Positions 1 through 9,861 of a DNA stretch of 64,000 nucleotides are shown piece by piece. Numbering within the stretch: the first letter of the stretch is position 1; each line of letters opens with the position of its first letter. The stretch lies in IMG/VR virus record IMGVR_UViG_3300006076_000001, positions 29,787 to 93,786 of that record. One strand, written 5' to 3'. Under the pieces are notes generated by a model. That model saw nothing but the letters and a program-made list of their open reading frames with translations, made no database searches and had not been told where the DNA came from. The stretch is from a virus. A program made the translations under genes and the position numbers.

Positions 1-1105
1 ACTTTCTAGCATAGACTCTATTTTTAACTTTACCTAACTTTTGCCTAATAAAAGATTTAACTATATTATTTTTATATAACCACCAGTCTTCCCAAATGTG
101 TATAAGAGTTATACCTTTATTAGCAAAGTATAATGATTTTTCTTGATGATACTTTTTAGGTTTATTAATATCGGAATGCCAAAAAATACCATTATATTCA
201 AACCCTATGTTTAATTCTGGAATAAACACATCGATTTCATACTTATTATCTTTGTATTTAGTAGTGTTAAAGCCTAATGATTCAATAAATTGTCTAAGCT
301 CTTCTTCCCCTTTAGAATAATTACTAGCACATTTGGGACACCCATATCCAGATAAATGATTATCAATAATTTGTTTAAATTCTCCGTGAATAGGACAAAT
401 AATAGTAACTTCGGTATCTTTTCTTTTATTATAACTCCTATCCCACCAATTTTTACCAACAGGATAAGTGTATTTGTTATTATGAGTTCTAATAGCTCTT
501 TCAATAAACTCTTGATAGGATAATCGTTTGGAATCGTTTGATTTTTCTCTACCACACTCAGGACAACCCTCTCCTCTTAAATGAGCGTTCACACTCTGCA
601 TAAATTCTCCGTGAATAGGACAGATAATGGGGACTTTCTGACTATGATTTTTGTAATTTTCTTGCCACCAGTTATTATCAAAAGGGTATTGATACCTATT
701 ATTATGAACTCTTTTTGCTTTATTAATAAAGTCTTGGTATGATAATCTATGCTTTTTAATTGAGTTTATTCTACCACACTCAGGACAACCTTTACCACTT
801 AAATGACCTAAAATACTCTGTTTAAATTCTCCGTGAATAGGACAGATAATAGGTATCTTTGTATTTTTATCTTTATAATTAATAACAAACCAATCAAATG
901 TAAATTGAGAATAATTGTATCTATTATTATGAGTTTTTTCTAATTTTTCTCTAACCAAATAATATTGGAACTCTTTTGGCAACTTGGAAATAGTAATAGG
1001 GTTTATGGATTTAAGTTTTTCTATTGGTTGTTTGTCTAACCAATCAATCCACTTATTTATATCAGAAAGGTTATCTGTAAGTTGTTTTATTTCTGATAAC
1101 TTCAT
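1..1105 (-). CDS. Zinc-ribbon-repeat (CPxHG...GCPxC x3) Hef-like endonuclease; runs off the left edge of the window
   Basis: Absent from the ORF track (no stop in window). Hand translation from ATG 1105 (SD AGGAG): MKLSEIKQLTDNLSDINKW...ISKLPKEFQYY..., 3 repeats, then YEIDVFIPELNIGFEYNGIFWHS...RVYARK. Paralogue of 21770..23611. Confidence 0.85.
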   Translation of the reverse strand, partial: MKLSEIKQLTDNLSDINKWIDWLDKQPIEKLKSINPITISKLPKEFQYYLVREKLEKTHNNRYNYSQFTFDWFVINYKDKNTKIPIICPIHGEFKQSILGHLSGKGCPECGRINSIKKHRLSYQDFINKAKRVHNNRYQYPFDNNWWQENYKNHSQKVPIICPIHGEFMQSVNAHLRGEGCPECGREKSNDSKRLSYQEFIERAIRTHNNKYTYPVGKNWWDRSYNKRKDTEVTIICPIHGEFKQIIDNHLSGYGCPKCASNYSKGEEELRQFIESLGFNTTKYKDNKYEIDVFIPELNIGFEYNGIFWHSDINKPKKYHQEKSLYFANKGITLIHIWEDWWLYKNNIVKSFIRQKLGKVKNRVYARK

Positions 1106-1168
1106 ATTATTCTCCTATTTTTCTTTCTGACTCTTTTATAACAATAAATTAAATTGGATTTAATAGTG

Positions 1169-1195
1169 AAAAGAAGAAAATCCTCAAAGAGGATT
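1169..1195 (-). terminator. Rho-independent terminator after the major capsid gene
   Basis: AATCCTC-TTT-GAGGATT hairpin followed by TTCTTCTTTT on the minus strand. Confidence 0.7.
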
Positions 1196-2060
1196 AGCTT
1201 AGTTTAATAGCTGCTACTGCGTGGTCTTGTAAGAAGATTCCAATAGCTTCAAATACACTGAAACCAATAGTTCTATTTGCAGGGTTATCTGCGTTAATGC
1301 TTGTTAAGCTAATAGCTTCTACTAATCTTCCTACATATTCAGGCTCTGCTGTTACGAAAATGTAATTAGTTGGAACTGCTCTACTTACATTAACTTTAGC
1401 ACCTAATACTGTTCCAACTACACCCGCTTGCACGATTTCACTCACAGTAACTGGTTCAAATAAGTCTTTTAGCACTTTTCTTAGAGTAGTTAATTGTGCT
1501 CCATTAATAAACATATTAACTACTTTATTTCCTCCGTGTCTTTCTACAAGGCTAAATAAGTCACTAATATGGTCTAAAGAAATTGTGTTGCTTTTTACTG
1601 GCATTACAGGGTTTGTAGCATTATTTGCTTCAACCGCTTTTTTCATCATACCAAAAATTCTTTTATCTTCTGCTAAGAAAATATCTTGTCTTGTTCTTTG
1701 TTTTACCCTGCTTTCAAGGTCGTATCTTTTTTGTTGAACTTCAGTGTATGGGATTTCAACTAAAGTTGCGATTTCAAAAGTTGGTACGAATACTCTATCT
1801 ACACCTGTTAAAATTTGTTTTACGCTTTCACCATCTTCTGCAATAACAAGAGCATTTGTATCAATATCTTTATCATAATATGGTAGTTCTCCCTTTCCAA
1901 GTGGGTCTACTACAAATGTTCTTCTACCTACAGCTTCATAATCTCTAAATTGTTTTAGCGGAGCATTCATTTCAGCCGCTAAAAGTTTTCTACCCTCTGC
2001 ACTTCTTAATAGAGAAGCGATTCTAGCTTTTCTTTGTTCTGCTGTTAATGTTTTTGGCAT
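1194..2060 (-). CDS. Major capsid protein (HK97-like fold)
   Basis: 288 aa; LAAEMNAPLKQFRDY...VDPLGKGELPYYDKD, G.VLGAKV, and C-terminal GFSVFEAIGI pattern of phage major capsid proteins; follows scaffold and decoration genes. Confidence 0.8.
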   Translation of the reverse strand: MPKTLTAEQRKARIASLLRSAEGRKLLAAEMNAPLKQFRDYEAVGRRTFVVDPLGKGELPYYDKDIDTNALVIAEDGESVKQILTGVDRVFVPTFEIATLVEIPYTEVQQKRYDLESRVKQRTRQDIFLAEDKRIFGMMKKAVEANNATNPVMPVKSNTISLDHISDLFSLVERHGGNKVVNMFINGAQLTTLRKVLKDLFEPVTVSEIVQAGVVGTVLGAKVNVSRAVPTNYIFVTAEPEYVGRLVEAISLTSINADNPANRTIGFSVFEAIGIFLQDHAVAAIKLS

Positions 2061-2071
2061 CTCTCAACTCC

Positions 2072-2530
2072 TTATATAAAGAATCTAATTTTTACTGTTT
2101 TGTCAGTAGCACTATTAGCACTTCTTGCTACCGCAACCGCAACTGAATTATTAGATGGTTTATTTTTAGTTAAAAGACCTTTATTATTATCTTTACCAAT
2201 GTAAAGTAGGTCTCCAGCTTTAATATCAGTTTCAACTACTTGGTCTGTTTCTGCAACACCACCACCCATTACAATAGCTAATTTACCAGTAGCTACTGAT
2301 GCTTGGTTAGTTCCATATTGAGATACTGCATCGTGAACGATGAAACCTGCATCTACATCTCCGTCTTCAGCTAATTCAACATAACCATTTTTTACAGTTG
2401 CAACTCTACCTGAAACCAAACTTCTTAGATAATCAGATTGTAAATCTGTATTTAAATCACCAGTTAATTTAGCTGGGTTAAGTTCATTGCTTCCGTCAAT
2501 TGCCCCAAATATATATGCTAACTTTAACAT
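2072..2530 (-). CDS. Head decoration/cement protein
   Basis: Gly/Ala/Val-rich, IKAGDLLY...GLLT motif, immediately upstream of the capsid gene. Confidence 0.65.
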   Translation of the reverse strand: MLKLAYIFGAIDGSNELNPAKLTGDLNTDLQSDYLRSLVSGRVATVKNGYVELAEDGDVDAGFIVHDAVSQYGTNQASVATGKLAIVMGGGVAETDQVVETDIKAGDLLYIGKDNNKGLLTKNKPSNNSVAVAVARSANSATDKTVKIRFFI

Positions 2531-3270
2531 TATTTACCTCCTCCTATGAAATCGAATAATCCAGTTACACCACTTGTAGGCATTTTTTTATTAACTACTT
2601 TTTTAGCAACTGCTGGTTTTCTTTTAGTTGCTTTTGGTTTTTTTGATGCTGTAACTGCTGGTTGAGCTTCTTCATCTTCTTGGTCGTCTTCTTCGTCACC
2701 CTCTTCTTCAACCATTACATCATCACCATTGCCAAATAAATCTTCTGCGTCCTCGTGGTCTCCCTCAAAGTCTTCTGGAAGTTCTCCGTGACCCTCATCT
2801 ACATCTGCTACACCATCATTATCTTGGTCGTCTTCATCTGCATCTTCAACCATTACATCATCATTTTCATCATCTGCTGGTTGAGTTTCTTCATCACCAC
2901 CTAATTCTTGAAGCACATCATCAACTGTAACCTCTTCCCCGTCATCTTCTGCATCTTCTTCTGAAGTTTTACATTTAGCAATTGCTGATTTTAGTAAATC
3001 AACTTTTGTAGCAAGGATTGCTGTATCTTCAAGTAAATCTGCTGTTCCTTTATCTAAACTTGATAAAGCTTCAACTGTAGCAACTTTGTCTTTCACATTT
3101 GCATAAAGTCTTTGTAAGTCTGTAGCCATTTTATCTAATTCAGCTGAAATTTTTTTGTGGTCTTTTGCCACTTTTGCCACTGCTAACACTCTATCTAATT
3201 TTTTATCCATAGCTGTTAAAGCTTTTTGAGCTTTAGCCACTGTCCTTTTGGCAATCAATGGTTTTGGCAT
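2530..3270 (-). CDS. Capsid scaffolding protein (putative)
   Basis: Coiled-coil N-terminus, long D/E-rich tract, basic tail; position before decoration and capsid genes. Confidence 0.55.
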   Translation of the reverse strand: MPKPLIAKRTVAKAQKALTAMDKKLDRVLAVAKVAKDHKKISAELDKMATDLQRLYANVKDKVATVEALSSLDKGTADLLEDTAILATKVDLLKSAIAKCKTSEEDAEDDGEEVTVDDVLQELGGDEETQPADDENDDVMVEDADEDDQDNDGVADVDEGHGELPEDFEGDHEDAEDLFGNGDDVMVEEEGDEEDDQEDEEAQPAVTASKKPKATKRKPAVAKKVVNKKMPTSGVTGLFDFIGGGK

Positions 3271-3370
3271 TTTGATTACTCCTTTACTAAATTTTGAATT
3301 TACATAACATATTGATTTAAAACTTAAAAAAGAAAGTTGTAGATTATTGGAAAAATAAGGAGGGACTGGC

Positions 3371-3985
3371 TCAGAGAGGGTTTATGTCTATTAACTCTCT
3401 CTTAAACCTACTTTTATCTGGTAAAACCAAAATTAATGTGTCTTTTCCTTTCTCTAAGGATTGTAATTTAGGTAATAATTTTATAAACTCATCATAAGAA
3501 TTAATAATTATTTCTTTTGTAATAGGCTTGGTTTGTTGATGTGTTTCTTCTTTATCTATATCAGAAGATATGTCTTCTTGTGTTTTTTCTTTGTCTTCCT
3601 TGCATTCTGTAGCATTATTAGCTATATTAGTAGCTGGATTATCTTTATGTGGCTCTTCTTGATTTTCTTTAAACCCATTTTCTAATAATTGCCACTTCAT
3701 AATCTCCAAATGATAAGTGTATGGATTTAAAGATGATGTAGCGGTGTAACTACCCCATTTATCATACTCCACATCAAATTTAAAAGTGATATACGGATAG
3801 CCAACTTGGTTAAACACTTTTTGTAATTCAATAATTCTAACCATTTGTAAAGCTAAAGGTTGATGTAAAAATCTATCCATTATATTCACGATTTCATCGT
3901 GCACCGAAAAATTATTAATAAATAAGTCCTGATGTAAATTTAACATAACCTCTTTCATTGTTTTATCTAACTTAATCAATGGCAT
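3371..3985 (-). CDS. Family-A DNA polymerase C-terminal palm fragment (motif C) plus unrelated tail
   Basis: FSVHDEIV matches motif C (VHDE), followed by a FKFDVE...GSY end-of-palm-like segment; directly downstream of the motif-B fragment. Confidence 0.65.
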   Translation of the reverse strand: MPLIKLDKTMKEVMLNLHQDLFINNFSVHDEIVNIMDRFLHQPLALQMVRIIELQKVFNQVGYPYITFKFDVEYDKWGSYTATSSLNPYTYHLEIMKWQLLENGFKENQEEPHKDNPATNIANNATECKEDKEKTQEDISSDIDKEETHQQTKPITKEIIINSYDEFIKLLPKLQSLEKGKDTLILVLPDKSRFKRELIDINPL

Positions 3986-4032
3986 TTTATTGTCTCCTTA
4001 ATAATTTTTTTTCTATTTCTTTGATTGTCATC

Positions 4033-4863
4033 TTAAAAAATCTTTTCTAAGTTCCATTTTTCTATAAAATCGACTGGGAATGATACCAATCTATCTAATT
4101 CTAAAATTACTTGTTCTCCGTCATAAACAATAAATTTATGTGAGCCATCTGGTAAAGCATCTAACTCTTTTTCTAACTGCTCTTTGTCTATCTTATCAAA
4201 TTTATCTTTAGATAGACCTATTATTCTTGTGTATGGTTTATAGGTATGTTTTAAGTCCCCAAACATTCTATTTAGTCTATTTTTTTCAATCCACTTATTT
4301 ATAGCCGTAATGATGAGAATCAATTGGATAGCTGATGCACTCTGAATTGGAAAGTTCATCGCTAATCTCTCAGCTTGGGATTTAAGAGACCAATATTTCT
4401 TTCTAAGTTTTGGGTCGGCTTTTTCCTCTGGAGTAATTTTTCTTGTAGCCATAGGTAAATATCTTTTTGAGCCAAAAATGTTATCTGTGTACCCCTCAGT
4501 TTTTACTCTTTCTTTTTGAAATTTATGTAATACTTTAAGTCTTGATAGATTAGAATAAAATCTATTAATAATTTCATTTGCTTCCTCTTTTGATATACCT
4601 ACTTTTTGAGAGACTGTGTATTCAGTTCCACCATATAATAAAGCTAACCCGACTGTTTTAGCAATAGCCCTCATTTCATTTTTGAATTTATGATATGCCT
4701 CTTTATTACCAGTTGCTTCATACTCCCTAACCAATTTATCAAACTCTTCTCCATAAATGGATAAAGCATTGGCACTATGGAAGTCTCCTATATAAGTTTT
4801 TGGAGTATCATCTTTATAATCTTTTAATTCCTCAAAAATCTTACTTAACTTAGCTTTATCCAT
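4033..4863 (-). CDS. Family-A DNA polymerase fingers fragment (motif B)
   Basis: GDFHSANA, RAIAKTVGLALLYGG (motif B), GYTDNIFGSKRYLP, AERLAMNFPIQSASA; lacks motifs A and C. Confidence 0.9.
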   Translation of the reverse strand: MDKAKLSKIFEELKDYKDDTPKTYIGDFHSANALSIYGEEFDKLVREYEATGNKEAYHKFKNEMRAIAKTVGLALLYGGTEYTVSQKVGISKEEANEIINRFYSNLSRLKVLHKFQKERVKTEGYTDNIFGSKRYLPMATRKITPEEKADPKLRKKYWSLKSQAERLAMNFPIQSASAIQLILIITAINKWIEKNRLNRMFGDLKHTYKPYTRIIGLSKDKFDKIDKEQLEKELDALPDGSHKFIVYDGEQVILELDRLVSFPVDFIEKWNLEKIF

Positions 4864-5253
4864 TATTTGCTCCTTTTACTCCTACATTTGTAATTTTATT
4901 TATCTCCCACATTTTATTTTCCGAATGAAAAGTAAATACATAGTTAATGTCTCTATCAAAGAAATATTGTTTATCTCTATCACAAACTGGTATTTTTTCT
5001 GGATTTAGATTTAAGAAAGAATACAAAGTGTAAATGTTAAGTGGGGTTATTTTTAACCCTCTTGTATCTTCATTAAATGAGACCTCAAAATCTAAATGAC
5101 TTTTATCATACCCTAAATCTAAACATACAGATAATAAATCAGAGTGTATTTGATGTATTAAAAAATTAGTATAAATGGCACATTCATACTTATTTAACAC
5201 TTTCTGAATCTCTAACCTTAACTGAAATTTAGTTTTATCCATTATTTGCTCCT
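4851..5253. repeat. 24-bp direct repeat (1 mismatch) flanking ORF 4856..5242
   Basis: tagctttatccattatttgctcct at 4851-4874 and tagttttatccattatttgctcct at 5230-5253; each contains SD+ATG on the minus strand. Confidence 0.85.
4856..5242 (-). CDS. Hypothetical protein (128 aa)
   Basis: ORF with SD, overlapping both neighbouring genes. Confidence 0.6.
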   Translation of the reverse strand: MDKTKFQLRLEIQKVLNKYECAIYTNFLIHQIHSDLLSVCLDLGYDKSHLDFEVSFNEDTRGLKITPLNIYTLYSFLNLNPEKIPVCDRDKQYFFDRDINYVFTFHSENKMWEINKITNVGVKGANNG

Positions 5254-6566
5254 ATTTCTGATTTCACTAAATCAATAATTGTTTTCTTTATTTCCTCATC
5301 AGTCTTATAATATGGTATTCTAATTAATTTAATTTTGTTATCTTTTGCAAAAGTATCTTTAATTTTATCTCTTTGTTTAATTTTTTCAAATCCTATTTTT
5401 CCACCCCAATTATCAACTGGCTCAAAATGTTGTTTTCCGTCATACTCAATAAAGGTGTTATAATCTGGAAGATAGAAATCAAAATAATAATTTGAATCAT
5501 TAATTTTAACTCTGTATTGATGAATATAATTAACACCTAATTCATCTAAAATTGATTGAATAAATAACTCTCCTTTTGAAGTATTACATTTAGGACAGCC
5601 GTGATTGTTTAAATGATTGTCTATCCTTTGATAAAACAATTCGTGTTGAGGACAAACAATTGGGATTTTTTGTTTATTATTTTGATAATTACTCTGCCAC
5701 CAATCCAATGATGGATAGGTATATCTATCTCCGTGAGTTTGGATAGCACTCTTAATAAAGTCTTGATATGATAATCTATGATTGTTTTCCAGCTTTTCTC
5801 TACCACATTTGAGACAACCTCTACCCTGTAAATGACTTTCTACACTTTGATAAAATAAGCCGTGAATGGGACAGATAATAGGTATTTGGGTAGAGTTATT
5901 TTTGTAATTTTCTTGCCACCAATTAGCATCAATTGGGTAGATATAAAAATCATTATGGATTTTAGTGGCTTTATTAATAAACTCTTCATAAGATAATCGT
6001 TTAAAATCTTCTGATTTCTTTCTCCCACATTTGGGACAACCTCTACCCTGTAAATGTTTAGCTATTTTTTGTTTAAATTCTCCGTGAATAGAACAAACAA
6101 TTGGAATATAAGTTGATTGTAAAGTTTTGTAGTTTTCTTGCCACCAATTTTCATCAAAAGGATAGATGTATTTATTATTGTGAATCTTATTTGTTCTATC
6201 TATAAACTCTTTATAAGACATTTTTAAAGTGTTTTTACCACATTTAGGACAGCCATATAATTGATGGTTAGTAACACTTTGATAAAATAAGCCGTGAGTA
6301 GGACAAACAATTGGGACTTTAGTGTTTTTATCTTTATAATTGGAAATAAACCAATCCAATGTAAATTGAGAATAGTTGTATCTATTTTTATGAACTTTTC
6401 TAAATTTCTCTAAAATCAAATGGTATTGAAACTCTTTTGGTAATTTAGAAATGGTTGATGATTTTATTGATTTTAAATCATTAAAAGAGAGGTTTTGGAG
6501 AAGTCCTCTCCACTTATCTAAATTAGATAAGTTGTCTGTAAGTTGTTTAATTTCTTTCAAATTCAT
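5235..6566 (-). CDS. Zinc-ribbon-repeat (x4) endonuclease with DUF559/Vsr-like PD-(D/E)xK domain; putative homing endonuclease
   Basis: 4 CxxH...GCxKC repeats; SKGE..I, FDFYLPDYNTFIEYDGKQHF, D..KD.FAKDNKIKLIRIPY. Confidence 0.85.
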   Translation of the reverse strand: MNLKEIKQLTDNLSNLDKWRGLLQNLSFNDLKSIKSSTISKLPKEFQYHLILEKFRKVHKNRYNYSQFTLDWFISNYKDKNTKVPIVCPTHGLFYQSVTNHQLYGCPKCGKNTLKMSYKEFIDRTNKIHNNKYIYPFDENWWQENYKTLQSTYIPIVCSIHGEFKQKIAKHLQGRGCPKCGRKKSEDFKRLSYEEFINKATKIHNDFYIYPIDANWWQENYKNNSTQIPIICPIHGLFYQSVESHLQGRGCLKCGREKLENNHRLSYQDFIKSAIQTHGDRYTYPSLDWWQSNYQNNKQKIPIVCPQHELFYQRIDNHLNNHGCPKCNTSKGELFIQSILDELGVNYIHQYRVKINDSNYYFDFYLPDYNTFIEYDGKQHFEPVDNWGGKIGFEKIKQRDKIKDTFAKDNKIKLIRIPYYKTDEEIKKTIIDLVKSEIGANNG

Positions 6567-6576
6567 TTAAACTCTT

Positions 6577-7653
6577 TTAATCAAAGAGGTCATCTACATC
6601 TACTGCTTTTTTATTTCCAGTGCTTCTTTCGAAAGAATAATCAGTTACTGTATTAGTAAATGGGTTTGTATCTCTAACTTTCATTGATGATGAATCTTCT
6701 GCTTCAAATCTATCATCATATCTTTTGTAAGGGTTTTCTGTGTAAGAACTATAAGGGTTATTTGAAATACCTATCTCTCTAAGTCTTTTATTAGCTAAAA
6801 ATCTTGTATATTTTTCTATGATTGCATCAGAGAAACCTACAATTGGAGCAAGAATATCTTTACTAAATTGTTCTTCTAATTCTACTCCTTTTCTCATTTC
6901 TTCAATAACCATTTCCTCATCAAAGAAATCTGGGTATATTGCTCTTATCTCTTTAATTAAGTTTCTATATAGGATTAGATGTGAAACTTCGTCTCTATTG
7001 ATTAAGTAAATCATATCTGCGGTAGACCTCATTAGTCCTTTCTCAGCAAGAATGTAAAAGAACTTAAATCCATTATAAAAATAAAGTCCCTCTAAAATAT
7101 AATCACCAATAATAGCTCTAGCAAAAGTTCTATCAGTAGGGTTATCTGCGAAATCCTGATAAATTTGAGCTATATATCCATTTCTTTCTTTAAGTAATTC
7201 GTGAGTTCTCCAAAAGTCATAGATTTGTTTCTTCTCCTCTGGAGTAGGTATTACAGTCTCAATACAAGTAGAATAAGCCTGAGAATGTATGTCTTCTTGA
7301 AAAGCTTGGAAAACTAATAAAGATGTTACATCTGGAGCTGTGATGTATGAAGCAAACTGAAATGGATTGATTGTTTGAATTGAATCTAAAAACACTAAAA
7401 ATGACAGAATACCATTATATCCTCTTTGAACTTCTGGTAATAAGTTAGGATATTGTCTAGCATCTTCATAGAACTCTATATCCTCTGGAAACCAAATGTC
7501 CTTTCTCATTTTAGTTCTTAAATCTTGATACCATTTTTTATTTGCATATTTACCAAAGTTATGAGTAGCCAATCCAGTTGTATTAGCACCAATAATATCA
7601 TTTTTAAATGAATCTCCCTCTGGATTCCATAGTCTTCTTTTTTTAATCCTCAT
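6577..7653 (-). CDS. nrdB: Ribonucleotide reductase beta subunit (own SD+ATG inside the fused ORF 6577..8757)
   Basis: WFPEDI, DSIQ, EDIHSQAY, LEGLYFYNGF, RDEVSH di-metal ligands; AAGGAG upstream of ATG 7653. Confidence 0.92.
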   Translation of the reverse strand: MRIKKRRLWNPEGDSFKNDIIGANTTGLATHNFGKYANKKWYQDLRTKMRKDIWFPEDIEFYEDARQYPNLLPEVQRGYNGILSFLVFLDSIQTINPFQFASYITAPDVTSLLVFQAFQEDIHSQAYSTCIETVIPTPEEKKQIYDFWRTHELLKERNGYIAQIYQDFADNPTDRTFARAIIGDYILEGLYFYNGFKFFYILAEKGLMRSTADMIYLINRDEVSHLILYRNLIKEIRAIYPDFFDEEMVIEEMRKGVELEEQFSKDILAPIVGFSDAIIEKYTRFLANKRLREIGISNNPYSSYTENPYKRYDDRFEAEDSSSMKVRDTNPFTNTVTDYSFERSTGNKKAVDVDDLFD

Positions 7654-8757
7654 AGCTCTATCTCCTTTCATCTTAATTAAATTTTTAATAGTGTGTTCCA
7701 CTTCTTCATCAGTTTTATAATATGGTATTCTAACCAATTTAATTTGGTTGTTTTTTGCAAAATCATTTTTAATTTTATCCCTCTGTTTTACCTTTTCAAA
7801 CCCTACCCTACCACCCCAACCCTTAATTGGTTTAAAGTGCTGTTCTCCGTCATACTCAATAAAAATGTTATAGTCTGGAAGATAAAAGTCAAAATAATAA
7901 TTTGAATCATTAATTTTAACTCTATATTGATAGATATAATTAACATCTAAATCGTCTAAAATTGATTTTATTTTGAGTTCTCCCTTAGACGATTTACAAA
8001 CAGGACAGCCGTGATTGTTTAAATGATTATTAACTGATTGATAAAATAGACCGTGAATAGGACAAATAATTGGGACTTTGGTGTTATCTTTTCCTTTATA
8101 ATTTTCTCGCCACCAGTTATTATCAAAAGGGTACTGATAGTAACTATTATGGATTTTAGTAGCTTTATCAATAAACCCTTTATAAGACAATTTTTGATTA
8201 TCAGTTGAACTCTTTTTTCCACACTTAGGACAGCCGTGATTATTTAAATGGTCGCCTACTCTCTGATAAAACAAACTATGAATAGGGCAAATAATAGGGG
8301 CTTTGGTATGTCTGTTTTTATAATTTTTATTCCACCAATTCTCATTAAATGGATACTGATATCTACCATTATGAATCTGAATAGCTTTTCTAATAAAATC
8401 TTGATAGGATAATTTTTTATTTCCAATACATTTAGAACAATTTTGCCCTCTCAAATGTCTATCTATCCTTTGATAAAACAATCCGTGTTGAGGACAAATG
8501 ATTGGAACTTTTTGTTTGTTATTTTGATAATTATCTATAAACCAATTTAAGGTAAATTTAGAATAATCATATCTATTTCCGTGAATCTTTCTAAACTTCT
8601 CTTTAACCAAATAATATTGGAACTCTTTTGGCAACTTGGAGATGGTTGTTGGTTTTATTAGTTTTAATTCCTCAAGAGAGGAATTTTTAATAAACCCTTT
8701 CCATTTGTATAAACTTTTGAAGTTGTCTGTAAGTTGTTTAATTTCTTTCAAATTCAC
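7654..8757 (-). CDS. Zinc-ribbon-repeat (x3) endonuclease with no stop codon, reading in frame into nrdB
   Basis: Same N-terminal leader and FDFYLPDYNIFIEYDGEQHF nuclease domain as 5235..6566; open frame continues ...IKMKGDRA-MRIKKRRLWNP. Confidence 0.85.
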
Positions 8758-8770
8758 TAAATCCCCTATT

Positions 8771-9214
8771 TTAATTTATTTCCCCGTCATCATCTATAAT
8801 GACATACTTTTTATTTCCAAAAAGGTTAGTATCCTCATCTTTTGATTTAGGTTTAGCTGGAGCAACTTTTAATTGTTCTTTCTTTTTTATATAAGTTTTA
8901 AGTAGAACACAATACCCTACTAAATCATTTATCGTATCTACTATCGTCTCATCGCTAACATTTATCTCTTCGCTTTTTGTTATAGATGCAAGTCTGGATA
9001 GTTTATCACCCATTCTACTAATAATAACTGATTCAACTGGAATGTCTAATAAGTCTGCAGATAGTTTAAAGTTTTTAAAAGTGTCTTCTTTACCAGAATA
9101 ATCTCTACCTTTTCTAACCAAAGTGTCCTTTAATTCAGAAAATGTTTTGTCTAATGTTTCAATCACTTCTTCTTGTGTAGCAAATACATTGTGATGAATT
9201 TTTCTTCTTTTCAT
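8771..9214 (-). CDS. DUF1599-like nucleotide-modification-associated all-alpha NTP pyrophosphohydrolase (putative)
   Basis: RKGRDYS...NF, RMGDKLSRL, DETIVDTINDLVGY motifs; likely start ATG 9214 after AAGGAG. Confidence 0.65.
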   Translation of the reverse strand: MKRRKIHHNVFATQEEVIETLDKTFSELKDTLVRKGRDYSGKEDTFKNFKLSADLLDIPVESVIISRMGDKLSRLASITKSEEINVSDETIVDTINDLVGYCVLLKTYIKKKEQLKVAPAKPKSKDEDTNLFGNKKYVIIDDDGEIN

Positions 9215-9273
9215 TTGTTTTTCTCCTTTCATTATTTATGCCTTGTTTTTATAAGGTTATTTAGATTTTATGA

Positions 9274-9861
9274 TTAATTTCCTCTGTATTCTTCCCACTG
9301 ATTGAGGGTAAAATCAAATTTATATCTAATTGGTTTTAATCGGTCTAAAAACATCATAATAGGCTTAACCTCTCTACCCTTCATTTCTAATAAAAGCTGA
9401 TAATCATCAATTTGAGATGGGACTGAAAGATAATATTGAACCACCTCTGTTTTAGACTCTTTTAATGGAAAATGCTTACTTTTTAAAATCATTAAATTAA
9501 CATTAAATTGTTTTTCAAATTGTTTAATTAACCTTTTTGCTATTGAAGAAAGCTCTTTTTTATTATCAATCTCAATAGTGTAATTACCTTTAACAAAAGT
9601 AATTTTAGAATCTGATTTGTCGTCCATTTTAAAGTTTTGCTCTTCTATCCATTTTATCCATTCATCTAACTTTCCCCCACAAAATTTATATCTGTATTCT
9701 ACATTGCCACCCTCTTTACCAAAGACAAACCACCATTTATATTGGTCTGCCTTTTCCAAATATACAAATGGGTCGGTAATTGATTCAAATAATTGAACTG
9801 CTCTTTCTTTACAACAAGGGTACTGAATAATTTTATCCATTAATGTCTCCTTTATCTTCAA
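9274..9861 (-). CDS. Hypothetical protein
   Basis: 195-aa ORF in operon orientation. Confidence 0.55.
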   Translation of the reverse strand: MKIKETLMDKIIQYPCCKERAVQLFESITDPFVYLEKADQYKWWFVFGKEGGNVEYRYKFCGGKLDEWIKWIEEQNFKMDDKSDSKITFVKGNYTIEIDNKKELSSIAKRLIKQFEKQFNVNLMILKSKHFPLKESKTEVVQYYLSVPSQIDDYQLLLEMKGREVKPIMMFLDRLKPIRYKFDFTLNQWEEYRGN

